This document shows positions 11,714 to 25,720 of a stretch of 64,000 nt of DNA, piece by piece. The stretch comes from Octopus sinensis. Taxonomy: Eukaryota. Made by a program: the position numbers and the translations under genes. The stretch covers positions 42,532,001 to 42,596,000 of the forward strand of contig NC_043014.1 in assembly GCF_006345805.1 (NCBI RefSeq). Reading direction: 5' to 3'. Position 1 is the stretch's first letter. Each line of letters begins with the position of its first letter. The notes beneath the pieces are model-generated. The model saw only the letters and a program-made list of their open reading frames with translations. It was not told the DNA's origin and searched no databases.

Positions 11714-11841
11714 AACTTTTGCAAGGAAAAGGTCGATAGTGACTTTGAAGTCTCAGCTTCCTTGCCATTGTCAGACTGCCTGATGACAGTGAGCTGTCTG
11801 AAACTTCGGAGTCACTGTCAATTTTTTTCCTTACAAAAGTT
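11714..11841. mobile_element. Small foldback MITE (family L)
   Basis: aacttttgcaaggaaaa..gatagtgactttgaag / cttcggagtcactgtc..ttttccttacaaaagtt; related ends near 8155 and 40463. Confidence 0.65.
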
Positions 11842-11966
11842 GAGTAAACATGTACTCTGCTAAGAAAAACGTAGAGAAATCCATCAGCTTAATGTTAAAT
11901 TGTCTTTCTACTATAACTTGACATGAAAACAAACATATATTTATTTATTTATTTTAGTGTCAAACT

Positions 11967-12375
11967 GTGTGCGTGTGTGTGTGTGTGTATATGTATATAT
12001 ATATGTGTGTGTATGTGTATATATGGGTGTATGTATGTGTGTATATATCTATGGGTGTATGTATATATGTATGTGTATGTATATGTATATATGTATGTAT
12101 ATGTATATATGTGTATGTATATGTATATATGTGTATGTATATATATATGTATGTATGTATATATGCATGTATATGTATGTATGTATATATGTTTATATAT
12201 GTATATTTGTATGTATTTATGTATATGTATATATATATGTATATATGTATGTATATATATATGTATATACGTATATATATATATATGTGTGTGTGTGTAT
12301 ATATATATATATATGTATGTATGTATATGTTTATGTATATATATATACACATACATGTATGTGTGTATGTATGTA
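11967..12375. repeat. Compound TA/TG/TATG microsatellite
   Basis: Read directly. Confidence 0.97.
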
Positions 12376-12908
12376 TTCAGACACACCAGTATATATTGAC
12401 TAGACTTCATTTTAAACTAAAATAGCCATATGGCATATGAACACACATTATCACATGTTTTTCTCCAATAAATCTTCCATAGATTGATGTTATTAAATAA
12501 ACAGAGCACAAAGCCACCATTTAGAATCCATTGAGCGAACGCTAAGGAAAATGTTTAAGTGAAGGAATTAAGTAATTCTTCATAATTATTGCTCTGATTT
12601 TTATTTTTTTTTTTTTTTGTCCTATTTCTTTTCTTTTCTTTTTTTTTTTTTCTCTAGATATATTTAGATTAAAATATGTTCCTAAGGAATCGGATTCTGC
12701 TTGATTGCAGCATTATTTTGTAAGGGTTCTGTTTTAAAAAAAAAAAAGGAGGAAATTTCCATTTGCATTTATATTATATTATATAATAATATATTGTCTG
12801 CAATAGTTAACATTTGAGTTCTAAAATTCTGAAAGGAATTAACCTTGTTTTCATAGGTCATATTGACTCTCTTTGTTGTTGTTCAACCCACCTCACACCA
12901 TATGAGGC

Positions 12909-12944
<36 letters not shown>

Positions 12945-12947
<3 letters not shown>

Positions 12948-13290
12948 TCATCATCATCATCATCATCGTTTAACGCCCGTTCTCCATGCTAGCATGGGTT
13001 GGACAGTTCGACCGGGGATCTGGGAAGCCAGAAGGCTGCACCAGGCTCCAGTCTGATCTGGTAGTGTTTCTACAGCTGGATGCCCTTCCTAATGCCAACC
13101 ATTCCGTGAGTGTAGTGGGTGCTTTTTACGTGCCAGGCGAGGCTGGCAACGGCCACGATCAGATTGGCGCTTTTTACGTGCCACCGGCACAGAAGCCCGT
13201 CAAGGCGGAGCTGGCATCGGCCACGTTCGGATAGTGCTTTTTACGTGCCACCGGCACAGGGATCACAACTGCAGTTTCCGTTGATTGGAT
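12945..13290 (-). mobile_element. Family B element
   Basis: (CAT)n then cgtttaacgccc..ccatgctagcatgggttggac; reverse complement of B. Confidence 0.88.
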
Positions 13291-13516
13291 GGCTCAAAAG
13301 TAGGTTTACAGTTATCACATAGGCACTTTAAATTTCTTTTAAAACATTTTATTACATTTAAATTTCTATCTGACAATCTGAAAAGGGAGCTTGACAAAAT
13401 TAACTAAATTAGCATACAATAATGGTTTCAAATTTTTTTATAATTAAAATCTAAACTGTTAATATTTGAATGCAAAAGAGATAGTTGAATAACTTCGAAC
13501 CTACTTTTGGACCACC

Positions 13517-13564
<48 letters not shown>

Positions 13565-14203
13565 CTTTTACTTCTTTCAGTCATTTGACTGTGGCCATGC
13601 TGAAGCACCACCTTTAGTTGAACAAATCAAGCCTAGTACTTATTCTATCGGTCACTTTTTGCCGAACTGCTTTTTTTTTTATTACGGAGATGTAAGCACC
13701 AACATTGGTTGTAAAGTTATGGTGGGGGTACAAGCACAGACACACAAACATATACATATGTATACATATATACGACAGGCTTCTTTCAGTTTCTATCTAC
13801 CAAATCCACTCACAAGGCTTTGGTCAGTCTGAAGCTACATTGGAAAGAAAGGTACCATCATTATCATCATCCCTTGGACATTATTGTCTTGCGTCTTAGG
13901 ACTCATATAACCCATTACCTCGTTCCCATGGTATGTAAGTGACCAAGATCACAACAGTCTCCTAAATGGGACTCCAGTCCATCACAGGGAGTACTTATTC
14001 ATGGCTGAGTGGACTAGAGCAATTTGAAATGAAATGTTTTGCTCCACAACAGAACACATCACCCTGTCCAAAAACTGAAACCATGATCTTGCAGTTGTGA
14101 GGATAACACCCTGGCCATTAAGCCAGCGATATGCCTTCTCTAAAGAAGAGTGCAATTAATTGAAATTAAATTTAGTGTTCCCAGAAATGGATATTAAGAA
14201 ATG

Positions 14204-14505
14204 TGGAGGCACATGGCCTAGTGGTTAGAGCAGCGGACAGGCAATCGAGGGATTGCAGGTTCGAATCTCAGACCGGGAAATGTGTGTGTTTATGAGCGAA
14301 ACACCTAAGCTCCACGCGGCTCCGGCAGAAGGTAATGGCGAACTTCTGCTGACTCTTTTGCCACAACTTTCTCTCAGTCTTCCGCTTGCATCTTACAGCT
14401 CACCTGTGACGGACCTGTGTCTTGTCCAGGTGGGGAACCTATACACCAATGAAACCGGGAAAACCGGCCCTTATGAGCTAGGCATGGCTCAAGAAGGAAG
14501 AACAC
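14204..14505 (+). mobile_element. SINE family H with 13-bp TSD
   Basis: tRNA-like head tggcctagtggttagag..ggttcgaatc; TSD atattaagaaatg at 14191-14203 and 14506-14518. Confidence 0.9.
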
Positions 14506-15435
14506 ATATTAAGAAATGATATCAAAGAACCTACCTGCCCAATAAGTCTAAGAATGGGAAATGAATTCAAAGGTGATGTTGTTATTAATAATGATTAAGA
14601 AGTCTTACTCAGTCTGGGGAGAGAGAGAGAGAGAGAGAGACAGTGATAGTCTTATTAGGTCCTTTTAGAGTGGAACATGAGTGATAACTGGACGGAGTTA
14701 GTGTTACAAAAGTTTGGCTGCCGTTGAGTTTTTTGCAGGTTAACATTTGTTGAAAGTGACAGGTGAAGTCTTAGGTTAAAAAGTCAGGTGTCGTGCCCTT
14801 ATATGGTTTGGTGTTGATCAAAACTTTGTTGAGGAGGTGCAAGTAACATCTACCATATCTCTCTCTATCTCTCTCTCTCTTATACAAACACTCATACAGC
14901 CACACTCTCACTCACTCATACACAGTAGCTGTCAGTTGGTTAATACTCATAGACATTCTATAAGATGTATCAGATGTATCAAGAGAACAACTTAGTTTTT
15001 CCTTTACTTGCTAAAGGACTGCAGTCGGCTTTGGGCTCAGTATCTTATCAAAGGATTGCCCTCCACTGTCTTACACCCCTACCTTTTTTTTTCTTTTACC
15101 CTAACATTCTAGTAGGGTTTTGGTAAATTTGGGCATTTTCATTTTGTTAATGTAATTTTTTTCTTTTTAGTTTGGTGTCTCTTCCTACTGTTAACCACTC
15201 GACTGTGAAAGAGATATGACATCTGTTTGTCAGCTCAGCAGGCTGAGGTAAACAGAGTTACATACCCTGCGCAAAAAAGTAGTGTAAGGGAGATTACTAA
15301 ACACCCAGGATCAGCAATACACACACACACACACACATATGAATTTATGTGTGTATGTATGTATGTGTGTGTGTATATATGTGTATATCTGTGTGTGTGT
15401 GTTTGTGTATATATATATATGTGTATATATATATG

Positions 15436-15503
<68 letters not shown>

Positions 15504-15889
15504 TAGTTCTTTGTTAATTAAGCAATTAACCTTAGCCCTAAAAGATGTTGTAATATTCCTGGATAAAAGTGCAGAAAGTAAAGGCCATTGAAGTTAGGCA
15601 GCAAATATATTTCTTTGAGAGAAATTTATTGCTGCACACTGCTGTTTGTCTAGGTCTATAAATATTTATTTATAGATTACCAAATTGGTATGTTGTAGTA
15701 GTAGGTATTAGTACTAGTTGTGGTGGAGTTGCTGTTATCAGTGACAATGTTTATAATTATGGTAGACCATATTTCATCTTGCTTCTGCCCCCTCCCCTCC
15801 AAGAAAACATTATCCAATGCTTCCTTCATTTCTGAGACAAGATGTGATTTTTAAGAGATGTTTGACTGTTGTTTCTTGTAGGTTGGTTG

Positions 15890-16196
15890 TGGAGGCACAT
15901 GGCCTAGTGGTTAGAGCAGCAGACTCGTGGTCGACGGATCGCGGGTTTGAATCTCAGACCGGGTGGTGTGTGTGTTTATAAGCGGAAACACCTAAACTCC
16001 ACGCGGCTCCGGCAGAAGGTGATAGCGAAACTTCTGCTGACTCTTTCGCCACAACTTTCTCTCACTTTTTCCTCCTGCATCTTGCAGATCACTTGCGACG
16101 GACAAGCGTCCTGTCCAGGTGGGGAACCTATACGCCAAGGAAACTGGGAAACCGGCCCTTATGAGCCAGGCATGGCTCAAGAAGTAACAAACAAAA
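15890..16196 (+). mobile_element. SINE family H with 12-bp TSD
   Basis: Paralogue of 14204-14505; TSD gtaggttg(g/a)ttg at 15878-15889 and 16197-16208. Confidence 0.88.
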
Positions 16197-17140
16197 GTAG
16201 GTTGATTGACCATGCAGCAGATTGTGAGACTTTATGATGTAGTTGTTGTCATTGTTTTAATCCTGTTTAAGCAGGCATGTGACCAGAAGTCTAGCCATAT
16301 TCACCAATCTTTGTAGCAGTATGAGGTTGTATTGGCTAACGTGTCCTTTATTTACATAAAAATGGTATGATGTGATTTGAAGGAGATTTGATCGCTATTT
16401 CTAGCCAGCCAAGTCATCACATAAAGATCCCTTCATTCGCCTCCAGTGGCAATTGTAATGAAAATTTATAAAAGAGTTTGATGTGGCACATAAAAATCAC
16501 CATTTGAGCGTGGCCGTTGCCAGTACCCCCCCCCCACTGGCCCTCATGCCGATGGCACGTAAAAGCACCCACTACACTCTTGGAGTGGTTGGCGTTAGGC
16601 AGGGCATCCAGCTGTAGAAACTCTGCCAGATCAGATTGGAGTCTGGTGCAGCCATCTGGTTCGCCAGACCTCAGTCAAATCGTTCAACCCATGCTAGCAT
16701 GGAAAGCGGTCGTTAAACGAGGATGATGATGTATCACTAAAAGCAAGAGACATCAAATGACAGGTCAGGTTCTTAATTTCGCCATCACTTTTTTGAAAAT
16801 TACTTATCACAAGTGTTTTAATGTGAATGAGGGCAAAAATTCTTCACTTTTACTTCATACTTCACCTAATTCATATTGACTGTCAAAATAGCAAAGAATT
16901 ATTTTCGCTGAGTCTGGCCAAATGTTTCTTTTAATATAAACACCAGAAATATACTGCTGTTGAATGCATAAATTTCCCAATGGAAAAAAAAAATTTTTTT
17001 GAAATAAAGGCATGGGTGGGGAGCTTGGAACTCATACCCATTAAATAAAAAAAAATCATTAACCTCAGAAGCATAAAGTTAATCTTCTGTAGGTCGGTTT
17101 TAGTTTACAGTTGGGTCTACTGATATTGTTAACACCTTAA

Positions 17141-17678
17141 CTCTTTTAGCGTTTAGATGTCTCTGTCAAATGTATTCTTTTGAATTAATTGCACATTATC
17201 TTGTCGCTTCAAGATTTCAGTGGTGTGTTTGTATTATTATTAGAATGACATTGTGTGAGGGCGCGTGGCTTAGTGGTTAGGGCATTCGGCTGATGATCGT
17301 AAGGTTGTGAGTTCGAATCCTGGTGATGCGTTGTGTCCTTGAGCAAGACTCTTCATTTCACATTGCTCCAGTCCACTCAGCTGGCAAAAATGAGTAGTAC
17401 CCGTATTTCAAAAGGGCCAGTCTTGTCACGCTCTGTGTCACGCTGAATCTCCTTGCGAACTGCATTAAGGGTGCACGTGTCTGTGGATTGCTCAGCCACT
17501 TGCACATTAATTCCACGAGCAAGCTGTTCCGTTGATCGTATCAGCTGGGACCCTCGTCATCGTAACCGACGGAGTGCTCCTATTAGAATGACATTGCAGG
17601 GTAGGTGTGAGAGTTTGGGTATTTTCAATTTTAAAATAAAATAGGTAGAATATTTGGGCCAGATTAAAAGCTAAAGGG
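17141..17678. mobile_element. MITE E interrupted by SINE F
   Basis: TTAA-bounded E sequence on both sides of the SINE. Confidence 0.8.
17254..17580 (+). mobile_element. SINE family F, full length, 16-bp TSD
   Basis: TSD tattagaatgacattg at 17238-17253 and 17581-17596; A box tggcttagtgg, B box gttcgaatcc. Confidence 0.92.
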
Positions 17679-19139
17679 TTAAAGAAAGGCATTCTCATCA
17701 CTACTTCTTATTTCTTGTCACTGCCTCATCACAATCACCCAAATAAATGGTGACTAAACACCAGTAACATACTACAATCCATCCAGCTATGTTCCTTTTC
17801 TATTATAAAAATGGCTTGAACCTCACTTAAGAAATATTTCCAAACAGACATTTTTGCTGGTTTCATCATGGCCTAAATTGACATCACACTTCAGCTGTTC
17901 ACTGAGAGTTTAAAAAATTTTCATATTACTGTTTATCTCATTCGTTTTCTACCTTCCACGGAGAGGAGAGTAATAAATGCCCCCAAAACCAACTTTATGT
18001 CAATCTCCGTCCTTCCGTTTCGTAATATTACTAACAAACATTAAACTCGAGTCCTCTGTCTCTGGGAATCCAGCTAACAGTTTGTTAAAGGGTTCCTCCT
18101 CTATCACAGAATTTAGTTTACTAACTGGTACGGTCATCTGTCTGAGTTAGCGAACTGACTGTAGGTTCGTCATTATTTCTCAGTCGCTTTAAAATAGACT
18201 GGCTATGGTCCTGTTCATTCCGATGCAATGTATGCTCGCTAGGTTAGTCATACTCGCTGAATCTGTTGACGAGCAAGTCACTTTGAGTTTGAGTTTCCAA
18301 ACTGTTCAGACAGACACGAAAACCCAAAGTCGTCCATCAATCAGATGTTTAGTCACACTAAAGTCACTTTCCTTTTTTTGCTGTTGAGTCACACTCAAGT
18401 TAAAACATAGACGACCAAAAATAAAAATAAAAAAAAGAATAAAATTATTTATTAAACATACTGACTTTTTAATGATAAGTCTTGTGATTAGAAAAGAAAA
18501 ATCAATTTAATAGACAGACATTAAACGCTAAACATATAGCTCAAACTTAATATAGACAACTAATGGTTGTTGTGTGGGTGATTGAGGACTTTTCTGTCTA
18601 TTTTCACATAAAATTATATAAATGTTTGTTTCAGAAATATTGCTTAAAACGCCATATTTTTATAGATTTTATAGATTAATTCTTTCTTTGTTTGGTATCG
18701 TGTCTGGTTCAATTTGTTCCTTTGCATTTTAATTTCTATTTTTATGATTATTGTTATTTTTGATGCAAAATTACCAGTTGATGATGATACTACTACTACA
18801 ACTACATAATAATAACAACAACAATAATAATAATAATAATAATAATGATGATGATGATGATGATGATAAAGTGATGACAAGCTTCAGTTTAAATAAACTC
18901 AACTACAATCTGTCTGACAAAGAGGTGATGCTTTTTGGTCTAGGTAGTTTTTTTTTGTTTGTTTTTTTTCTTAGTTTCCACAGAATCAGAGGAACTTTGT
19001 TTATTGATCATCATAGATTTGTTTTGTTGGTGCTTACGGGCCCTGCCTGCCTGCGAAGACTAGAAGGCCGAATGGGATTTGAGTGGCAGATCATGAAACC
19101 CTGGGATTTAATATTAAAGTCTTATTTCCTCATCTTCTG

Positions 19140-19695
19140 TCATTATTTACTTGTTTCAGTCATTGGTCTGTGGCCATGCTGGGGCACACCACCCCAAAGG
19201 ACTTAGTCGAACAACTTGACCTCAGTACTTATTTTTTGGTACTTATTCTGTCAGTGTCTTTTGCCAAACTGCTAATTGCACAGATGTAAACAAACCATCA
19301 CCAATTGTCAAGTAGTGGCAGGAGAATGACACTAACAGACTTACATATAAACACATACACACACACACACGTGCATGCACACACACGCACATACTGGTGC
19401 ATGCACACACACACACACGCACATACTCGTGCATGCACACACTCACACGCACATACTCGTGCATGCACACACACACACACACACGCACATACTCGTGCAT
19501 GCACACACACACACACATATGATGGGCTTCCATATAGTTTTAGTCTACCAAATTCACTCACAAGGCTTTGGTCAGCCCAGATCTATAGCAAAAAAAAAAA
19601 AAATCCTTGCCCAAGGTGTCATACGGTGGAGCTGAACCTGAAACCACATGCCTGCAAAGCAAGCTCCTTAACCACAGAGCCATGCCTGCACCTAC
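19140..19695 (-). mobile_element. Older SINE A whose central tract became a ~26-bp minisatellite
   Basis: A halves flank four cacacacgcacatactcgtgcatg-like units at about 19370-19505. Confidence 0.8.
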
Positions 19696-21306
19696 ATACG
19701 TTGACATCCTTCCTAAAAGGAATCACCATTGTTTCTAATTACATTTCCATTTGTCTTCAGGTGTCATTGTAACAGAGATAAAATGAATAAGAACATGCTC
19801 TTCCTCCACTTTCTTCTCTCTATATCTCTTTGTCTATTTATCGATTGATCTGTCATGTTTTTTTTTGTTATATTCTTCCATTTCCTTTTTCTTCACTCTT
19901 TCTAATAATTTAAGATAACACCCATCATGATTAGTGGGCTGGGCTGGGCTGGGCTGGAGTGGCGTTTCACTGATTGAACGTGTAATTAAAAACAGTTTCA
20001 GTAACGCACAATATGAAGTTAATAGAAGGTTTAATTGATTATTTCTTACACAAAATTCTATCGCAACTTACCAAAACATAATTAAAACACAGATCTGGCA
20101 AATATCAGTTCCAGTATTTTTAGCAGTTTTTGCTAAGAGTACATTCTTCATTGGGTGTTTATCAGATATATCACATCAGTTTACTAGCAACCTGTCTATA
20201 AATTACTGCAAATTTACCATTAAATTCTTCTCTGTCTTCGTTGATTAACTTAAATGGCTCCTGTTCATCTGTAACAGCCATCGTCAAAATGGTCCTCATG
20301 TGAGTTGAGTCAAAGAAGCTCCTTAGTGGTTTCCCAACTTGCTAGAAATGGCAGCCAAATCTCCCTCAGGTCATTGTGTGCTGTTATCTTGAAAATAAAA
20401 AAAAAGGAGGAAGCACTTTGCGGTTCGGCAAAAGAGACCGATAGAATAAGTACTGGGCTTACAGAGAATAAGTCCCGGGGTCGATTTGCTCGACTAAAGG
20501 CGGTGCTCCAGCATGGCTGCAGTCAAATGACTGAAACAAGTAAAAGAGTAAGCTTCAATGTGGTCTCTTAACTTGCCAGAAATAGTAGCCAAATTACACT
20601 AAGATCATAGCCTACTGTCTTGATAAAATAAGGAAGAACAAATTAATGTACCCTTGGAGAAAAAATGAGATGGTCATTTGCGGAATGCCTTTAAATGTAA
20701 ATTTGCTCAGTAAGAGTTCACTTGTACCTCAACAAGAACAACAGCTTATTATCTGAAAGGAAATTAGCCCAGATTGTTTGTATTATTTCTGGTACCACAT
20801 AAAATGTACCCAAAGCACCATTCAAGAGTGGTCATTGCTGGTACTGCCGGACTGTCTTTTGTGCTGGTGGCATATAAAAAGCACCATTCAAGCGTGGTTG
20901 TTGCCAGTACTACCTGACTGGCCCTCATGCTGCTGGCATGTAAAAAGTACCCACTACATTCTTGGAGTGGTTGGCATTAGGAAGAGCATCCAGCCATAGA
21001 AACCTTACCAAATCAGATTGGAACCTGGTGCAGCTCTCTAGCTTGCCAGTTCTGTCAAACCGTCCAAGTCATGCCAGCATGGAAAATGATGATAACGATG
21101 ATGATGATTATGAAATTAGATCAACCTCAGCATTTGGTTAGCACTTTAATTTTATCAAACCCTGAAAAAGGACAAACGACAAAGTTAACCATGGCAGAAT
21201 TTGAACTCGGGATCTGTGGTACTCCATCCTAATGATAGATCTTATTATAGTTGTTAATCTGTTTTCTTAGCTGAGGGTGGTATTATAGAGTGGTAAAAAA
21301 TATTTA

Positions 21307-21340
<34 letters not shown>

Positions 21341-21675
21341 CCCCACATTGGCACTTAATAGAGAGCCAAGAGGGGATTCTTGAATTCTTATAAATGAAAT
21401 CAATGCTATTAGAACCAGCTATATCTGTTCAAAATCAGTCTGATCCACCTGTCAGGAAATTCTATGTGGCGGTTCTTGTGTTTCTACATTAGAATATCTC
21501 GCGCAGCCATCTTCTTTTACGAAGGCCTCTCATGATTTTATTCGACAGCAAACTGCTGTGATGTAGCAGTCAAAAATCTATGAATTGGGATTATCCTTTT
21601 CTTTGTTCGTACTAGCAGTTTCTGTAGGTATAATCTTAATCCTCTTCATTCTTTGGACAATCCTGTCTCACTCAC

Positions 21676-21753
21676 GGATTGCAGGAGGGGGGGCAGGGGG
21701 GTGCAGCATAACAATAGTTCAATGGTATATGAAACAACAAACGAAGCTTATTT
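21676..21753 (-). CDS. Candidate exon, phase 2-2, 78 bp
   Basis: gcAG acceptor (weak tract), CC|GTGAGT donor; only open frame is NKLRLLFHIPLNYCYAAPPCPPSCN. Confidence 0.3.
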
Positions 21754-21890
21754 CTGCCATGACAATTAATACCACCTTGCGTTTTCTTAATATCTACATT
21801 ATCTATATTTCATTGCTCTGTGTGTGTGTGAGCATGTATATATACCTGGATGAAGAGCAGATGTTAAATGATGATGTATACATATGCACA

Positions 21891-21927
<37 letters not shown>

Positions 21928-22054
21928 TTATTCTTGTAGTAATTTGATTCCTTAGATGTCTGGTTCTTTGCCGCTTTCTTAATTATCGATTTATTCCGAA
22001 TGTGCACAAAGGCTAGGGTTTTATATTGGTTAGGAGTATGGTTGATTAAATTAC

Positions 22055-22114
22055 CTCAGTGTATTACTGGTACTGTTTCGAACCAGTGGTAGAATCGTTG
22101 CATAGTCAACCAAC
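22055..22114 (-). CDS. Candidate exon, phase 2-2, 60 bp
   Basis: ctattttcagcAG acceptor, AG|GTAATT donor, frame LVDYATILPLVRNSTSNTL. Confidence 0.3.
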
Positions 22115-22164
22115 CTGCTGAAAATAGCAACAAAATCTCTCTCAGAAAAACGCATGTAATGTAA

Positions 22165-22500
22165 AGTCCTACTTCGGTCATGAATGACCATGGGATTGCA
22201 CCTATAAAGCTCTCCTCCAAAGTACAAGTCTGGGAAAGGTTGTTCATGGAAGACCAGCAGCCATCCATGCATACCAACCTCTCCTCTGCAAGCCACCAAT
22301 ATTACCCAAAGGAAAGGCAAAGGCCGATACCGCTTGACATCAGTGATATCGCAACACATTTCTACAGATGAGTGAACTGGAGCGACATGAAATAAAATGT
22401 CTTGCTCAAGAACACAACACACAGCCTGGTCCAGGAATTGAACTCACCACCACATGATTGTGAGCCTGATACTCTAACCACTGAGCCATGCACCTTCACA
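22165..22500 (-). mobile_element. SINE family J (F-type head and core, J tail)
   Basis: Homologous over its length to 61911-62260; explains ORF 22051-22422. Confidence 0.85.
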
Positions 22501-22640
22501 AACACATGCTACCATCTTAAAGAGGGATTAATTTAAAATAAAGCCTGAGATGTACCATGTTTGAAAATAAGAAGTAATGATCATGGCTGGAATGCCTTTG
22601 ACCAGAGGTATGTTGTAGCAGACACAAAGACACACAAACA

Positions 22641-22671
<31 letters not shown>

Positions 22672-22676
22672 GTAGG

Positions 22677-22861
22677 GAGAGTTTACGAAAAAACAAAAGA
22701 CGAAGACAGGTGGTGTACAAAACAAACAGATGTATTAGTATAACGCTCAGGAATAGAAAAACTCTTTTACGTTTCGAGCCTACGCTCTTCTAAAGAAAGG
22801 GACACAGAAAAAACAAGGAGAGAAAAAAATGTGTGTGTAGTGGCTAACGATCTATCATGGC

Positions 22862-22863
<2 letters not shown>
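22677..22863 (-). mobile_element. Family D copy 2, inside the TA tract of a minus-strand SINE A
   Basis: SINE A halves at about 22560-22670 and 22890-23070 flank it; hammerhead-like motif at about 22763-22800. Confidence 0.65.
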
Positions 22864-22911
<48 letters not shown>

Positions 22912-23344
22912 GACAAGCTTCTTCTAGTTTCCATTTACCAGATCCACTCGCAAGGTTTTGGTCAGCCCAAGGCTATAGGCTGCAGTAAAAGGCACTCACC
23001 CAGGGTGTCCTGCATTGGGACTGAATCTAGAACATTGTGGTTGAGAAGCAAGCTTCTTACCACACAGCCATGCCAAGGTATCATGCAGTGGGACTAAACC
23101 CAAAACCTCATGGTTGCAAAGCAAGCACCTTGGCCTCACACGACAATGCCTGCACTTTACTTAGGTTTAAAAAAAAAAAATGAATAAAAGCAGGACCCTG
23201 TGTTTCCTTGTGAGATTAAAACTCCTTGTGAAGGTGTTGGATTAATGTAATTTCTAGTTGTCAGCCGCAGATAAATAACAAAAAGAGGTAGTGAATAAAT
23301 TAAATAAATGAATGGAAAGTCAGAAACAATAAAAGAAGGTTTTT

Positions 23345-23411
23345 TCAAGGTCTTTTAACCCTTATGTCTTCTTTGTAAAGTTTCCTGAGAAGCCTGTCTA
23401 TCTCGTATGCT
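23345..23411 (-). CDS. Candidate terminal exon
   Basis: Poly-T plus CAG acceptor, then AYEIDRLLRKLYKEDIRVKRP*; unverified. Confidence 0.2.
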
Positions 23412-23811
23412 CTGAAAAAAAAAATTCTGTAATCCCCTAAGAAAACTCCATTACAGAGATACCCATTTTTCAAGTCCATACATCCGCCTTTGTGGCATTC
23501 CATCTTGTCTACTGCTCCCCTTTTTTGATATTTTTTTTTTGGTTTTTTTTTTTGTCTTTTCCTCTCTGTCATTTCACCGTTCCTTCCCCGTTTTTTTCCC
23601 TTCTTCCTTACCTTTCTTCCGCAATTGTTTTAAAAGCAGACATTTTCGAGAAATTTCTTCAAGGGATAAAAAGGCAAAAAAAAAAAATAAATAAATAAAT
23701 AATAAATTTTAAAAAAAGGGGGAAAAAATGGGCTTATCTAAACCAGAAGATTCTCAGTATACATGTCTAACTTTATACAAACATACATAAATACACTTTC
23801 CACAAGAATGG

Positions 23812-23877
23812 TTATTATTATTATCATTATTATCATTATTATTATTATTATTATTGTCATTATTATTATTATCATTA

Positions 23878-23956
<79 letters not shown>

Positions 23957-23964
23957 CATTATTA

Positions 23965-23998
<34 letters not shown>

Positions 23999-24075
23999 CA
24001 TTATTATTATTATTATTATTATCATTATTATTATTATCATTATTATTATCATTATCATTATTATTATTATTATTT
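23812..24075. repeat. (ATT)n/(ATC) trinucleotide microsatellite
   Basis: Read directly; source of poly-I/N/L ORFs. Confidence 0.97.
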
Positions 24076-25061
24076 ATTAAGATTTTTTTTTGTTTTTTCT
24101 TTGTATTGGGACTGGAATCATTCAATACTATATAGATATAGCCTTCTTTTGTTGTTTTTGCTGTTGTTTATTGCAATCATTTCTTTTGATTTTTTTTTTG
24201 TCAAATTCCAGCTTCCACGTCTCCATTTCTTTGCAGCTTTTCATTTTGATATTTTTTTATTTTTTCCTTTTTTTTCTCTCTCTCTCTCCCCCACCGTCTT
24301 CCACCTCGCCTAGCCCCTGCCTTTGCGCTTTACTTGCTTACTTTCCGAGTAACAACCAGCCATGCCATCACCACCAGAGCGATGATGACTTGTGTTATTA
24401 TAGTCTTCTCTCTCTTTCCGATGTCTACCTTTGATTTCTGCTAGCTTGGTTTGTTGTTGTTTTACACTGTTACTGTTCTTGATGAATACGATGATGATGA
24501 TGATAATAATAATAATAATAATAAAACAAGAACAATGGTGGAAGCAGTTTTGGTGTAGATAGATGCTATTTGTGGTGGTAGCGGTGCTTTCTGTTGAAGG
24601 TGGTAGTGATGGGTGGTAGTGTTGGTGGTAGTGTTGGTGGTGAAGGTAATACTTTCTGGAATGGTGTTGGTGGAGAAGATGGCTTTCTCTCTCTTTCTCT
24701 CTCTCTCTCTCTCTTGAGTCTTGGAATATTCATGTGTATCAAAAGATCTCTCTTTGTTTCGTTGCGTTTTTTTCTTTTTTGTTTCGTTTTTAATTTTCTT
24801 TTTTTTTTTTGCTTTTTTTTTTTTTTGAAACTTTTCAAATTAGATTACACTATTTCAAGTATTCTTAAAATTTTGTCTTCCTCAATACAACTGTGAGCAA
24901 TTACAAACTGACATGTTCAGATTCGGTTCTGCGGCACACACACATACATGCACACACACATATGCGTACATCAACACCGATGAGGGTATGTGTGCATATA
25001 TTTTAATAACTCTGCTGTTATATGTATTTTACATATAAAATCATTAAATATATGTGTGTAT

Positions 25062-25604
25062 GTGTGTGTATATATGTGCATGTATATATATATATATATA
25101 TGTATATACATATGCTTGTAAATATATATGCATGTATATATATATATATGTATGTATATACAAAGTATATATATGTATGTATATATAATGTATTTATATA
25201 TGTTGTTATATATATATATATATATGTATGCATATATATTGTATTTATATATATGTATGTATATACAAAGTATATATATGTATGTATATATAATGTATTT
25301 ATATATGTTGTTATATATATAATATATATATATGTATGCATATATATTGTATTTATATATATGTATGTATATATAATGCATTCATATATATGCATATATT
25401 TATATGTATTTATGTATATGTATGTATACATATATATATATATATAATATATATATATATATATACATACACGTATACTTTACATATATACACATACATG
25501 TGTGTGTCTGTATATACTCACAAATACATATATATATACATGTATGTGTGTGTATATATATATACACATACACACCTGCATACACATACGTATATACACT
25601 TACA

Positions 25605-25635
<31 letters not shown>

Positions 25636-25720
25636 GTACACATACATGCATGAGTATGTATAATACACATAAATATACACACACATATATACATATATAT
25701 ACACACACACATATATAGTG
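25062..25720. repeat. Large compound TA/TG/CA microsatellite with an internal ~107-bp duplication
   Basis: atacaaagtatat..ttgttatat..gcatatatattgtattt occurs twice (about 25155 and 25262). Confidence 0.92.

Noticed and set aside
15171-15247. Plus-strand exon-like segment with a strong acceptor, donor and ATG at 15216
   Set aside because: No convincing downstream in-frame exon; T-rich pseudo-acceptors are common here. Similar isolated plus-strand candidates near 36470, 45940 and 51690 were also set aside.
15890-15965. tRNA-like sequences (also 14204, 17257, 7177, 53655)
   Set aside because: A and B boxes are present but there is no full cloverleaf or acceptor stem, and each continues into a SINE body, several with TSDs.
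21585-21947. Plus-strand 120-aa ORF with a hydrophobic N-terminus
   Set aside because: It starts at a non-ATG codon, runs into a (CA)n tract, and is antisense to the better-supported minus-strand candidate exon.
23738-24135. Poly-I, poly-N and poly-L ORFs (also 18751, 38346-39145)
   Set aside because: Translations of (ATT)n/(ATC)n tracts.
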